Positions 1-9,106 of a stretch of 64,000 nucleotides of DNA are shown one piece after another. Position numbers and translations under genes: made by a program. Each line of letters starts with the position of its first letter. The first letter of the stretch is position 1. The stretch comes from Escherichia coli phage NG_A1, in sequence record LC788705.1; one strand, 5' to 3'. The notes below the pieces were generated by a model. That model was not told the origin of the DNA, did no database searches, and worked only from the letters and a program-made list of their open reading frames with translations.

Positions 1-1
1 A

Positions 2-1290
2 ACCTTTCGTGTTCCAGATAAGAATGGGGTGCAGGAGGGATCAATACGCGCTCTTTATGGCCGTGGAGATGGTGGGAATAGTGGTGCAAATGGGCAACTG
101 TTCGAATCCGCTGCGCCTAATATTACAGGTTTTTCACCACATATGCCTCTCAAACCTATGCCCAGGCATTAGGACATACAGGTGGTTGCTTTAGTGCAAA
201 CAATAATGCGTTTCCTGACGGAAGAGGTGACGGAATCGCTCCAGGGTCTACAGCTCTTGCTGGACGTTATAATACCTGCGACTTCAATGCCTCAATATCA
301 AGTCCGATTTACGGGGCATCAACAGATGAGATTCTTACACGAAACTTTGTCGGCGTCTGGGTAATCCGTGCTTCTGGTGGGTTCGTGGCAGCAAATACAT
401 CATGGAGTGTTATTAACGCTGATAAAACAACCCCCGATTCAGGTGTTGTTGTTTCTGGTGGTAGTGTTAAATCTGAATATAAATCTCCCAGTGCAAGTGT
501 AACAGCGGAACTAAAATCAAGTAAAGTAATTAATGGTGCATGGGGTGTTAGCTTAACTATAACAGATGATAGAGGGATCCCTGTAAGCATTAAGTATGAC
601 AGTAATGGTCAGTTTTCAACATCTCATAGGCCATCTGGAGTCGGTACTGGGAGTTCCTATACTCATTGCGCTTATCGCGCGCCAGACTGGTGGAATAACA
701 CAGCATATAGTGCCTTCGTACCAATTCTTGGAGGTGGTAGCGGTAATTCACTAAAGAACTATAGATCTTTTGCTTGTTTTGGACAAATATCTTATCCTGA
801 TTCTAGTAATAGTTATCCTAGAGCTGCAATTGCTCAAGTAAGGGATTGGGCACTACCAGATGGTGAACAAGGTAACGGCAAGAGTATTACCGTGTTTACG
901 TTTATTGATAATTCATTTGACCTTCAATATGGGTACAACGATGGTTCGCTAAACTATATTTTTTCAAAATCTCCAATTTGTGATGAAAGATTAAAGAAAA
1001 ATATTGAATCCATTGATACTAATATTGCAATAAGTAATATTAAGCAGATGTCATATAAATCATACATCTATAAAAATGACGAGAATGAACAGGTGCGCCG
1101 TGGTTTTATAGCTCAGGATTTACAGAAAATAGATCCCCAATATGTACGGGAATATGGAGATCCTGGAAGAGAGAAAACGTTGGCCATTGATGAAAACGTT
1201 ATGTTGCTTGATTCAGTTGCTGCGGTTAAGTGGCTTATTAATAAAGTTGAGGAGTTGCAAGAAGAAATAAATGTATTGAAAGCTAAGTAA
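2..1290 (+). CDS. Tail fibre protein, C-terminal part with intramolecular chaperone (peptidase S74-like) domain; 5' partial and frame-broken near 130-134
   Basis: Frame 1 is open 121..1290; the last ~120 aa (ERLKKNIESID...GFIAQDLQKIDPQYV...LINKVEELQEEINVLKAK) look like the self-cleaving chaperone domain of phage fibres. Upstream Gly/Asn/Ser-rich fibre-like sequence is in frame 2 (2..169). Confidence 0.55.
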
Positions 1291-1294
1291 AAGA

Positions 1295-1328
1295 AAACCC
1301 CAGAGGGATATCCCTCTGGGGTTTATTA
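1295..1328. terminator. Bidirectional rho-independent terminator between convergent tail-fibre and dUTPase genes
   Basis: Perfect hairpin ccccagaggga/tccctctgggg flanked by A-run and T-run. Confidence 0.75.
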
Positions 1329-1351
1329 TTATTATTTATTTGATACGTAGA

Positions 1352-1798
1352 TTATTTACTTCCTGAGCTTCCAAAGCCGCCTTCTCCACGATTAGTCTCC
1401 CCTAGTTCGTCAACGATTTCAAAATTATGGGTTGAATAGTGGGGTAGTACCACTAGCTGACAAAGTCTTTCAAAATTTTCCAAAGTTTGAATTTCAGAAC
1501 CATAGTTGAACAGGTTCATCTTAATAGTTCCACGATAGTCTGAGTCGATCACTCCTGCAGTATTTGCAATCATCAGATGGCGTTTACCTAAAGAGCTGCG
1601 TGGAACTACCAAACCGAACCAACCTCGCGGAATTTCCACCGCGACACCGGTGTCAATCATTAAGGATTTGCCTGGTGCAATAGCGCGTAAGTCTGCGGCA
1701 GGGTTAGTACCAAAGAATGCTCGCAGATCCATACCTGCGGCATCTTCGGAACCAATCTTAGGCATACAATCTGGATGAGTTAATTTAATTTTAATCAT
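1352..1798 (-). CDS. dut: dUTPase
   Basis: 148 aa; dUTPase-like motifs (AAGMDLRA, RSSLGKRH, GVIDSDYRG). Confidence 0.9.
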   Translation of the reverse strand: MIKIKLTHPDCMPKIGSEDAAGMDLRAFFGTNPAADLRAIAPGKSLMIDTGVAVEIPRGWFGLVVPRSSLGKRHLMIANTAGVIDSDYRGTIKMNLFNYGSEIQTLENFERLCQLVVLPHYSTHNFEIVDELGETNRGEGGFGSSGSK

Positions 1799-2670
1799 TG
1801 TTCTGCAATCTCCAAAATATCTTTTGTAAACTTATCTAATACATCTTGACCTACAGCAGCAATAGCATCCACACAGTAGGTAGGTAAATCAACCAGAATT
1901 AGGTTTCGATAAAGCAATTCTTCCGAAGCATTTAAATTCTGTATATATTTCTGTTTTCCAGGCAGTGGAAGCTGCTCAATAATATCCAGAACGTTACCAA
2001 ATTCACGAATAATGTTATACCCGCGTTTTGCCCCAATACCTTCAACACCACGGATATTATCCCCTAAATCACCCATAATTGCTTTTAGAGAGATAAACTG
2101 CTCTACATCATCAACATTATGATGCTCATACATATCACGAAGATGGTATTCACGACGTGTTGTGAAAGAGAAACGAGAAACTTTATCTGTTAATAAAGTA
2201 TCCCAGTCACCGTCTGTAGAGATTAACCAAACATGATCATATAGATGCCCGATCAGCTTAACAATATAAGCCGCCATATCATCTGCTTCTACACCACGAA
2301 TAGTGAAAGTTGGGAATGTAGTTTCACACAATTCGAAAGCATCTTTCAAATACTCGAAGAACTGCTCATCTAGTGCTTTCTCCTCTTCCGTACGCTGCGA
2401 GTATTTCTCATCTCGATTCCCCTTATACTCAGGGAGATGCTCTAAGCGGAATGCAGACTTCCCTTTATCCCCTAAAACTATTGTAGTTCTAGCAGAATAA
2501 GATTTTGCTAGAGACTGAATAGTGGAAACATAACTTGAGGCAAATGGTTTTTTACTGTTGTTATGTTTGAAGCGAAAGCCTAAGTTAGTTCCATCGACAA
2601 TCATTAGATTACGACGGGAAGCCATTTCAGCTTCCTCTTCTTCAATAAATTTTCCCCAGGATTTACTCAT
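1795..2670 (-). CDS. Flap endonuclease / 5'-3' exonuclease (T5 D15-like)
   Basis: 291 aa; FEN/PIN-like N-terminus (LMIVDGTNLGFR), H3TH-like region; stop overlaps dut start. Confidence 0.85.
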   Translation of the reverse strand: MSKSWGKFIEEEEAEMASRRNLMIVDGTNLGFRFKHNNSKKPFASSYVSTIQSLAKSYSARTTIVLGDKGKSAFRLEHLPEYKGNRDEKYSQRTEEEKALDEQFFEYLKDAFELCETTFPTFTIRGVEADDMAAYIVKLIGHLYDHVWLISTDGDWDTLLTDKVSRFSFTTRREYHLRDMYEHHNVDDVEQFISLKAIMGDLGDNIRGVEGIGAKRGYNIIREFGNVLDIIEQLPLPGKQKYIQNLNASEELLYRNLILVDLPTYCVDAIAAVGQDVLDKFTKDILEIAEQ

Positions 2671-3152
2671 TATTTAATTAAGTCCTCAACAGATGCATGA
2701 TGTAGCCACGGCTCAAATAAACCAATTACGATTTCCATGTCTTTCTTATTTAACACCATATGGGTACGACTCATTAAGTTGTCAACCATCTGGTCTGAGC
2801 TATCCAAAGCTATTAACCACTGTCCTCTGTCTTTCTTGAATATTAATGCAGGTTTGGAGTTCATCTGCTCACCTTCACGTGAGCACTGCTGCCACCACTT
2901 CTCTAGAGTGGATTCACCAACATTAAATAAATTACTTGATAATGCGTCATCTTTATACCACTTAACTTCGAAGCAGTATTTACTAATGTGTCCACTTTGT
3001 GGTGGAAGGTAGATGTCACCCTTCAATCCGTGGCTCTGGCCAAAAGCACCAGAACCAGGAACACGTTCCCACTCAAGACCCGTACGTTCACGTAAAATAT
3101 CTCTTACCTGATATTCACCACGTTTACCTTTCTCTCTACTATCTACAGCCAT
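2670..3152 (-). CDS. Putative Holliday junction resolvase-like nuclease (Hjc/PD-(D/E)xK type)
   Basis: 160 aa; N-terminal REKGKRGEYQVRDIL...GSGAFG...KGDIYL...FEVKWYK pattern. Confidence 0.45.
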   Translation of the reverse strand: MAVDSREKGKRGEYQVRDILRERTGLEWERVPGSGAFGQSHGLKGDIYLPPQSGHISKYCFEVKWYKDDALSSNLFNVGESTLEKWWQQCSREGEQMNSKPALIFKKDRGQWLIALDSSDQMVDNLMSRTHMVLNKKDMEIVIGLFEPWLHHASVEDLIK

Positions 3153-3155
3153 GTT

Positions 3156-4994
3156 TTATTCTAAGTAGGAAAATCCTTCTGCATCTTTTTTGACAGTAAT
3201 CTTATGAGCTAATGGATGCGTATGCCCATGAGAAACAATGATAGAATTTAGACTTTCTTCCTCATTTAATAGCTCAACGAGAGTATCAAGTCCTTTCGTA
3301 TCAATAAAGCTAATTACTTCATCAAGGAATAGAAGATTAATATTAACTTTACTAATAGATGTTAACAGCATCCGAATAGCTAACAGGGTTGCTAGATTAA
3401 TTCGACTTTGCTGACCAGTAGAGCAGTTTTCCATACTGGTACGGTTTCCATCATTGAAGATTACTACTTGTAATTTAGTTTCATCTAGTTCAAATCCAAG
3501 TGCGAATTTACCGCCAGTCATAATAGAAAGATATTTATTAATTAGCTCTTCAAATACTTTCACACTATGCTCTAGTTTATATCCAACCAGATTTTTCAAT
3601 GCAGCAATTAGAATATCGAGATCAGCAACAGCTTCTGATACTCCATCCAGTTTGGAAGTAATCTCAGACATTTCTGCCTCAGCTTTCTCAATCTGTTCTA
3701 GTTTCGCCTTATATTTTGCATTGGCTAACTCAATATTTGCATTATGTTCTTTAGCAATTGCAACCTTAGAACGTCCATCAGCTATTTCCTGTTCTAATTG
3801 TCGGATTTGCACCTGTAGGATTTGCACATTGAGTTCTTCAAAAGAAGCATCACTCATTGAATTTTTGAACTCGTCTCTAGCTACCACTGCCTTATCCAAA
3901 GCATCCTTTGCTCTAGTATACGCAACGTACTCAAGTTGTTCCTTCTTCAACTGTTCTAGCTTAGCTTCAAGAGATTGCTTCTCTTTGAACAGAGGATCAT
4001 ATTCTACTCTAGCCATATCCATTGCTTTTTGAGCAGTAGTTGTATCCAGGTGAGTACCACAAGTAGGGCATTCAGTATTTGAAGCCTCTTGCTTGAACTT
4101 CTGATAACGTTTCTTAACTTCGCTCGCACGTGAGGTCACAATCGTTAGGTCACGCGTAACACTCGAGATCTCTTCATTTTGGTCGGTGGGCGCGGGCAAA
4201 TTTTTGAAAGGTTCGAAAGATTGTTCGGCAACTTGTACAGCTTTGTCCAAATTACGCAACTTAGTAATATTAGCCTCTTGAGACTTGGCTAATGCCGCCT
4301 TAATTTTCGATTCAGTAAGTTCTTGTGCTAATGGCTCTTCATCAAACTCCGGTACTTCTACAGGTTCCTGCAAAGTTCCTAGATTATTTTTCCCATTAAG
4401 GATTTTCGTAATTACAGCCATCTGGCCCTGCAAATTATTTAAGGTATTTGCTATTTCTTTACGGTCGGCCTTAATAGTTTCCGACATTTCTTTGTATTGC
4501 TCTTGATTGAACAAGTTAACAAGAAACGCTTTACGTGTTGCATCCGTTGCTTTTAGAAAGTCTAGGTTGGAACCCACTGATTGATAAATCAGTTTGGTGA
4601 ATGTTTGAAAGTCACCACCCATAATCTCTTCAATCATCTTGTATGTTTGGGTTGCAGTATGCCCGCTAATATCTTCCCCATTCTTAATCAACGTTACTTT
4701 AGCAGTTGACTTGACAACTTTATGCAGCTCATACTCATCATCATCTTTTGAAAAGTAAGCGTGCATATCGTATTCTTTCTTGGGGGCATTCCAAGAGAAT
4801 AATGCATCTTTCTTAATACCACGTGAGTTCTTGTTATAAAACAATTCCTCGATAACCGTAGCGATGGTGGATTTCCCTAGCCCATTGCCACCAATTAGTT
4901 GAGTAACGGGATTCTTATCGAAATGAATTACGATGTCCTTACCGTAAGACATAACGTTACTAAATTTTAGTGTCTTAATTGTAATCTTTGACAT
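3156..4994 (-). CDS. SbcC/Rad50-like ATPase
   Basis: Walker A GGNGLGKST near N-terminus, long coiled coil, CPTCG zinc hook, C-terminal ABC signature; start moved to MSKITIK (track start 5075 would overlap SbcD by 100 nt). Confidence 0.8.
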   Translation of the reverse strand: MSKITIKTLKFSNVMSYGKDIVIHFDKNPVTQLIGGNGLGKSTIATVIEELFYNKNSRGIKKDALFSWNAPKKEYDMHAYFSKDDDEYELHKVVKSTAKVTLIKNGEDISGHTATQTYKMIEEIMGGDFQTFTKLIYQSVGSNLDFLKATDATRKAFLVNLFNQEQYKEMSETIKADRKEIANTLNNLQGQMAVITKILNGKNNLGTLQEPVEVPEFDEEPLAQELTESKIKAALAKSQEANITKLRNLDKAVQVAEQSFEPFKNLPAPTDQNEEISSVTRDLTIVTSRASEVKKRYQKFKQEASNTECPTCGTHLDTTTAQKAMDMARVEYDPLFKEKQSLEAKLEQLKKEQLEYVAYTRAKDALDKAVVARDEFKNSMSDASFEELNVQILQVQIRQLEQEIADGRSKVAIAKEHNANIELANAKYKAKLEQIEKAEAEMSEITSKLDGVSEAVADLDILIAALKNLVGYKLEHSVKVFEELINKYLSIMTGGKFALGFELDETKLQVVIFNDGNRTSMENCSTGQQSRINLATLLAIRMLLTSISKVNINLLFLDEVISFIDTKGLDTLVELLNEEESLNSIIVSHGHTHPLAHKITVKKDAEGFSYLE

Positions 4995-5952
4995 ATTTCG
5001 CAGCTCTAGCCAAGATTCTATCAATGTCGCCTTGAGATAGCTTCTCGACTTCACGGAAGTAAAGTTCAAGTTCACCTAACATATCAAGATCAACAAGATT
5101 TAACTTAGCGTCTTTAGTAACTCGATGGTTAATCTTCTTATCTAATAAATCAGAGTCTTTGATAGACTTTAATTGAACAACGTCACCAGTAACTTCGTAG
5201 ACTACACGATCATAATCACTAGGTTCCATCTCTTCACCAGCTCCGATTGTTTTACGAATCAGTTGTGGTAAATCACCTAGTTCAATCCATTCTACTTTTA
5301 ATGTGTCGGTATCAATGATAAAGCAACCATTTGTACCTTTTGTGCGTTCTCTATGGAACGATGTAGTTAATGGAGATCCTGGGTAGAGAAGTCTAGTAGA
5401 TCCGATAGTCTGGCTATTAGTATAAGAATGTAAATCGCCAGCAATTACAGTATCATAACAGTTGTACTTAGTTAGATCAATTTCTGGTTTTACATGTGGA
5501 GGGATTTCACCACGAACATGCGTGAAACATAGTTTTGATTCAGCAGGTTTCCACTTGGGTTTATGAATCTCATCATATGGGACAATATCAAATTCAGGGG
5601 AACGATATGGTTTGGTAATTACTTCCCATTTCCCACTAGTTACTTTATTAATAACCCCCGCATAATGATATAGACATGAAATGGTTTTAGTTAACATTTC
5701 ATGATTTCCAGTAAAGATTTTACCTGGATGGTCAAGTCTTGACATGAACTGTTCAAGCAGTTCTATTTCTTCTGACGACGGGTCGGCAACATCAAGTATA
5801 TCACCACCAGCAATATGAAGATCACAGTTATGATTATGGAATATATCATTTAACCGTTCTCCTAGCATCAGGAAGCGACGCTTCTGCCATTCCTTTGGAA
5901 CTTTATCTTGTCCTAGTTTGATATGATGATCAGCACTAAATAATATTCTCAT
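4975..5952 (-). CDS. SbcD/Mre11-like nuclease (metallophosphoesterase)
   Basis: 325 aa; MRILFSADHH...GGDILD...GNHE phosphoesterase motifs. Confidence 0.8.
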   Translation of the reverse strand: MRILFSADHHIKLGQDKVPKEWQKRRFLMLGERLNDIFHNHNCDLHIAGGDILDVADPSSEEIELLEQFMSRLDHPGKIFTGNHEMLTKTISCLYHYAGVINKVTSGKWEVITKPYRSPEFDIVPYDEIHKPKWKPAESKLCFTHVRGEIPPHVKPEIDLTKYNCYDTVIAGDLHSYTNSQTIGSTRLLYPGSPLTTSFHRERTKGTNGCFIIDTDTLKVEWIELGDLPQLIRKTIGAGEEMEPSDYDRVVYEVTGDVVQLKSIKDSDLLDKKINHRVTKDAKLNLVDLDMLGELELYFREVEKLSQGDIDRILARAAKYVKDYN

Positions 5953-5975
5953 ATGTTAAAAAGAAAGGGGCCGAA
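5950..5975 (-). terminator. Rho-independent terminator (minus strand)
   Basis: Hairpin aggggc-cgaa-gcccct with T-run on minus strand. Confidence 0.6.
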
Positions 5976-5988
5976 GCCCCTCTATTTA

Positions 5989-6762
5989 TTAGTCGTCCAG
6001 ATCACTTGCAGCTTCTTGGTCAATACCTTTCTGGGAGCCAGCATTGCTGTTACCAGATTTGGCATCATCATCTTTATTCTCACGACCTTCCATGAAGGCT
6101 TGAATTGCTTCTTTCTGCTCTTCATAGGTAGGAACCGGATAGGTTTGTTCCAGAGAAGGGACTTTCTCAAACTTAATGATGTCGCCATCTTCATCACACA
6201 TAGCTTCACCAATCAGATCTACATCTGCAGCATATTGCTTAGATTCTGCACTGTTAGGATCTTGCAGCTTAATCTGGAACTGCATAGCAGCAATCTGCTG
6301 TACATCATACTCAGTATCGAAACCTTTGCCTTTTTTCTCGATAGAAATATCAATATCAAACGGAGTTGCCAGATTCAGCTGCTTCATGATAGACTGGATG
6401 CCTTTCAGAATAGTAGCTTTGACTTCCATTACTTTCAGTTTGTTATCAGAACGGTCGATAACAAAAGCGATATAGTTTTTCTTCGGTTTCAGCGGAACGC
6501 GATTGCCATCTTTATCCAGCTCTTTCTCAAAGAAGCCCATCTCATGAACCGGATCAGCTTTACCACGAACAAAGCTCTCTTTGTCGCGGTTAAAACGGAG
6601 ACATTCGAAAGGAGCTACGCTACCTTCTTTATTAGTCAGCCAATAGACATAACGTGGAAGAACACCAGAAACGATACGAACACGAGTGATACCGTTGTTG
6701 AACTTCAGGAATTCGATTTTATCGTTAGAACCGCCAGTAGTTTCGCCCCAAGACTTAGCCAT
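5989..6762 (-). CDS. Putative ssDNA-binding protein (acidic C-terminal tail)
   Basis: 257 aa; C-terminus QEAASDLDD; position inside replication module. Confidence 0.4.
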   Translation of the reverse strand: MAKSWGETTGGSNDKIEFLKFNNGITRVRIVSGVLPRYVYWLTNKEGSVAPFECLRFNRDKESFVRGKADPVHEMGFFEKELDKDGNRVPLKPKKNYIAFVIDRSDNKLKVMEVKATILKGIQSIMKQLNLATPFDIDISIEKKGKGFDTEYDVQQIAAMQFQIKLQDPNSAESKQYAADVDLIGEAMCDEDGDIIKFEKVPSLEQTYPVPTYEEQKEAIQAFMEGRENKDDDAKSGNSNAGSQKGIDQEAASDLDD

Positions 6763-7039
6763 ATTTTATTTCCTCTTTAAAGATTAATTTCGATTTGTTA
6801 ATTGCGATTAGTGGGTTAGTGTCGATTACTAAACGTGGTATCCATACTGGAACATATTGTATGTCCAAACTAGGATCGTTTGTAAACTTGTATTCGGCAT
6901 AATTTCGTAGACTTAAAATTCCTAGATATTCTGCCAGTTGTCTATTAGACAATTTATTTGGATTATCAATTATTGTTGATTCATTCAAAATGAATGAGGA
7001 ACCGACCAATAATTGGTGAGCATCAGGCTCTGTAAGCAT
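6755..7039 (-). CDS. Hypothetical protein
   Basis: 94-aa ORF, weak RBS. Confidence 0.3.
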   Translation of the reverse strand: MLTEPDAHQLLVGSSFILNESTIIDNPNKLSNRQLAEYLGILSLRNYAEYKFTNDPSLDIQYVPVWIPRLVIDTNPLIAINKSKLIFKEEIKYG

Positions 7040-7146
7040 TCTTTTGAATAGCTTAATAATTAGGTCGGAATTTCCTCTAGCTAGTAAGTATAGCTTTTCA
7101 TAATCGAAGAATTTAATTTTTGTTTTCTCCTCGAATTTATGTATAT

Positions 7147-7176
7147 ATTATACTAGATTTCGAGAGAATTTAGCAA
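7147..7176 (-). promoter_or_regulatory. Early-type sigma70 promoter (TTGCTA-18-TATAAT)
   Basis: rc reads aaaattttagTTGCTAaattctctcgaaatctagTATAATatatacataaattcgaggag. Confidence 0.6.
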
Positions 7177-7247
7177 CTAAAATTTTTATTTTTCTGCTTC
7201 GGACTTTCTTATCAATCCGAAACTTTCTCTCTCAAATTTATGTATAT

Positions 7248-7276
7248 ATTATACATCATTTATGAGCTGTTGCCAA
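7248..7276 (-). promoter_or_regulatory. Early-type promoter (TTGGCA-17-TATAAT), tandem with the 7147 promoter
   Basis: rc reads TTGGCAacagctcataaatgatgTATAATatatacataaatttgagagag; -35 lies in the 3' end of the helicase gene. Confidence 0.55.
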
Positions 7277-8612
7277 ATGCAATTTTAGCTAATTGAACTG
7301 CTTTCTCCGGAGTCATAGTAATAGTTTTCCACCCGTTGTTACGATACACTGCCATACGTCCAGAAGCCTGTCTTAGTCCAGTGCCACCTTTCATAATTAG
7401 ATCTACAACAATAGGGTCGAGTTTGCCCTCGACAATACGTTGAACACGGCCTGCAAGCTGTTCAATGAGAGATTCATTATTAATGAGGCTTCCCATTATT
7501 AAACAAGACAGCTCATTAAGGGAAATGCCTTCAGAGAAGATACTTTGAGCTGCTGCAAGTACACAAGGCCCACCTTTTGCTATATCTTCCTGAATTTTTA
7601 ATCGATCATCAAGTGGGGTTGCGCCAATAATCTCATAGATTATGACTCCTCGCTGAGATAATGCTTCTAGTACTGTTTGGATTAACTCTGTTCTATCACT
7701 TACAATGAGTACTTTATGTCCCATATTCACATATAAATGTGCTAGGTTTATAATAGTCTCTCGATATTCGGGATGGTTATACACATCATTAGCACGTAAT
7801 GCCCACGGTACGTTTTGGTTTCCTGATAGCTCAACAGGCACGGAGTACCTATGGATTGTAGGTGCAACAGTATTATTAACCGGTGGGCTAAATATCTTAT
7901 ATCCAAAGAAATCTTTGAACATAACTTGTAAACCATCTTTTCGTTTTAGCGTACCGGATAGTCCAATTTTATAGCGAGCACATGATATTTCTAGGAAGTT
8001 AGTGAAAGTTGTAGCCACACAATGGTGAACTTCATCAACTATAACAGTACCGAATACTTTAGAAAGATTATTCGCATGTTTATTCACTGTTTGAATATTA
8101 CTGACCACAATTGGTGGATCAATATTGTATTTTCCAGAACCTATGATACCTGGTTCAAACCCAAACCATTTACGAACTTCTGCCGCCCACATTTCACGAA
8201 TAGATGTGTTGGTACAAATTACCAAAGTTTTCTGGCCAAATTTATACGCAAGTGCCAGGGCTAGGATAGTTTTGCCAAATCCAGGCTTACCATTAATAAT
8301 ACAGGTATCATCGCACTCTTCATATATTGGGAGCTGGTCTTCTTCACGCAGCTTGAACTTAGGTCTTGGTATATCTACTGGAGCTAATGTGCGTTTATCG
8401 ACTAATTCGTATTTTACTCCTTTAGCATCTAGTAAATCCAGACGCGTGATAGGAATCCACTTAATCTCTTTGGCAACAACACCACTATTCTTATACATAA
8501 TAGGGTATTTACTAGTCATTGTCTCAATGTGATAAGTGGTTTGTTTACTACAATAATCCCAAAGTTCATCATCGGGCTTGAAATAGGCTTTATTAGATAT
8601 AACAACCTTCAT
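7260..8612 (-). CDS. SF2 DEAD/DEAH-box helicase (T5 D10-like)
   Basis: 450 aa; Walker A GKPGFGKT, DEVHH box, helicase C motifs. Confidence 0.8.
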   Translation of the reverse strand: MKVVISNKAYFKPDDELWDYCSKQTTYHIETMTSKYPIMYKNSGVVAKEIKWIPITRLDLLDAKGVKYELVDKRTLAPVDIPRPKFKLREEDQLPIYEECDDTCIINGKPGFGKTILALALAYKFGQKTLVICTNTSIREMWAAEVRKWFGFEPGIIGSGKYNIDPPIVVSNIQTVNKHANNLSKVFGTVIVDEVHHCVATTFTNFLEISCARYKIGLSGTLKRKDGLQVMFKDFFGYKIFSPPVNNTVAPTIHRYSVPVELSGNQNVPWALRANDVYNHPEYRETIINLAHLYVNMGHKVLIVSDRTELIQTVLEALSQRGVIIYEIIGATPLDDRLKIQEDIAKGGPCVLAAAQSIFSEGISLNELSCLIMGSLINNESLIEQLAGRVQRIVEGKLDPIVVDLIMKGGTGLRQASGRMAVYRNNGWKTITMTPEKAVQLAKIAFGNSS

Positions 8613-9106
8613 AATTTTATTCTAAGTCTAGGAATTTCAGGCTCCTCTTGATGGACTTGGTAAATAACAGGGCTATTATTTACCAGAATATAGCTTATAT
8701 AAGCTGGAACATAGGATAATACAAATGGATATGGAACTTTAGCTACATAGCATTGGTATTTTCCGTTGTAAATTCTAGCTGAATGCAAAACTTTAGAGGT
8801 GACAACATCATAAAACGTAGTTTTCTTCCAGTTAATAAGATTTCCATCAGAATCTATAAATTGGCTACGCTTTGACCCAACTAATTGAGACAACATGGAT
8901 ATTCTGCCCCTAATAGGATAGAGCTTATATGGTAATTCTTTCCGTTTCTCAAATAGAATAAGCCTACGTTGAGAAAAAGTGCCAGGCAACTTCCTGTTAT
9001 CTAGTACATATTTATTATATCTTGTTGTAATTACGGAATAATCACCTTCTTGCTCAATTGATACAAAAGCCCGTAAAGCATATACGGGCAATTTGAAATC
9101 AAGCAC
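8609..9106 (-). CDS. Hypothetical protein
   Basis: 165-aa ORF translationally coupled between polymerase and helicase. Confidence 0.5.
   Translation of the reverse strand: MLDFKLPVYALRAFVSIEQEGDYSVITTRYNKYVLDNRKLPGTFSQRRLILFEKRKELPYKLYPIRGRISMLSQLVGSKRSQFIDSDGNLINWKKTTFYDVVTSKVLHSARIYNGKYQCYVAKVPYPFVLSYVPAYISYILVNNSPVIYQVHQEEPEIPRLRIKL

Noticed and set aside
9-364. ORFs 9..194 and 182..364 as separate genes
   Set aside because: Their translations are low-quality; the fibre-like reading frames are frame 2 (2..169) then frame 1 (121..1290), so these are out-of-frame artefacts of the fibre gene.
3454-4032. 192-aa plus-strand ORF inside the SbcC-like gene
   Set aside because: Antisense to a well-supported minus-strand gene, low-complexity Ser/Ala-rich translation, no RBS; a typical shadow ORF.
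5953-6780. 275-aa plus-strand ORF overlapping the SSB-like gene
   Set aside because: Antisense to a minus-strand gene with better coding features, hydrophobic low-complexity translation, and it spans a terminator hairpin.
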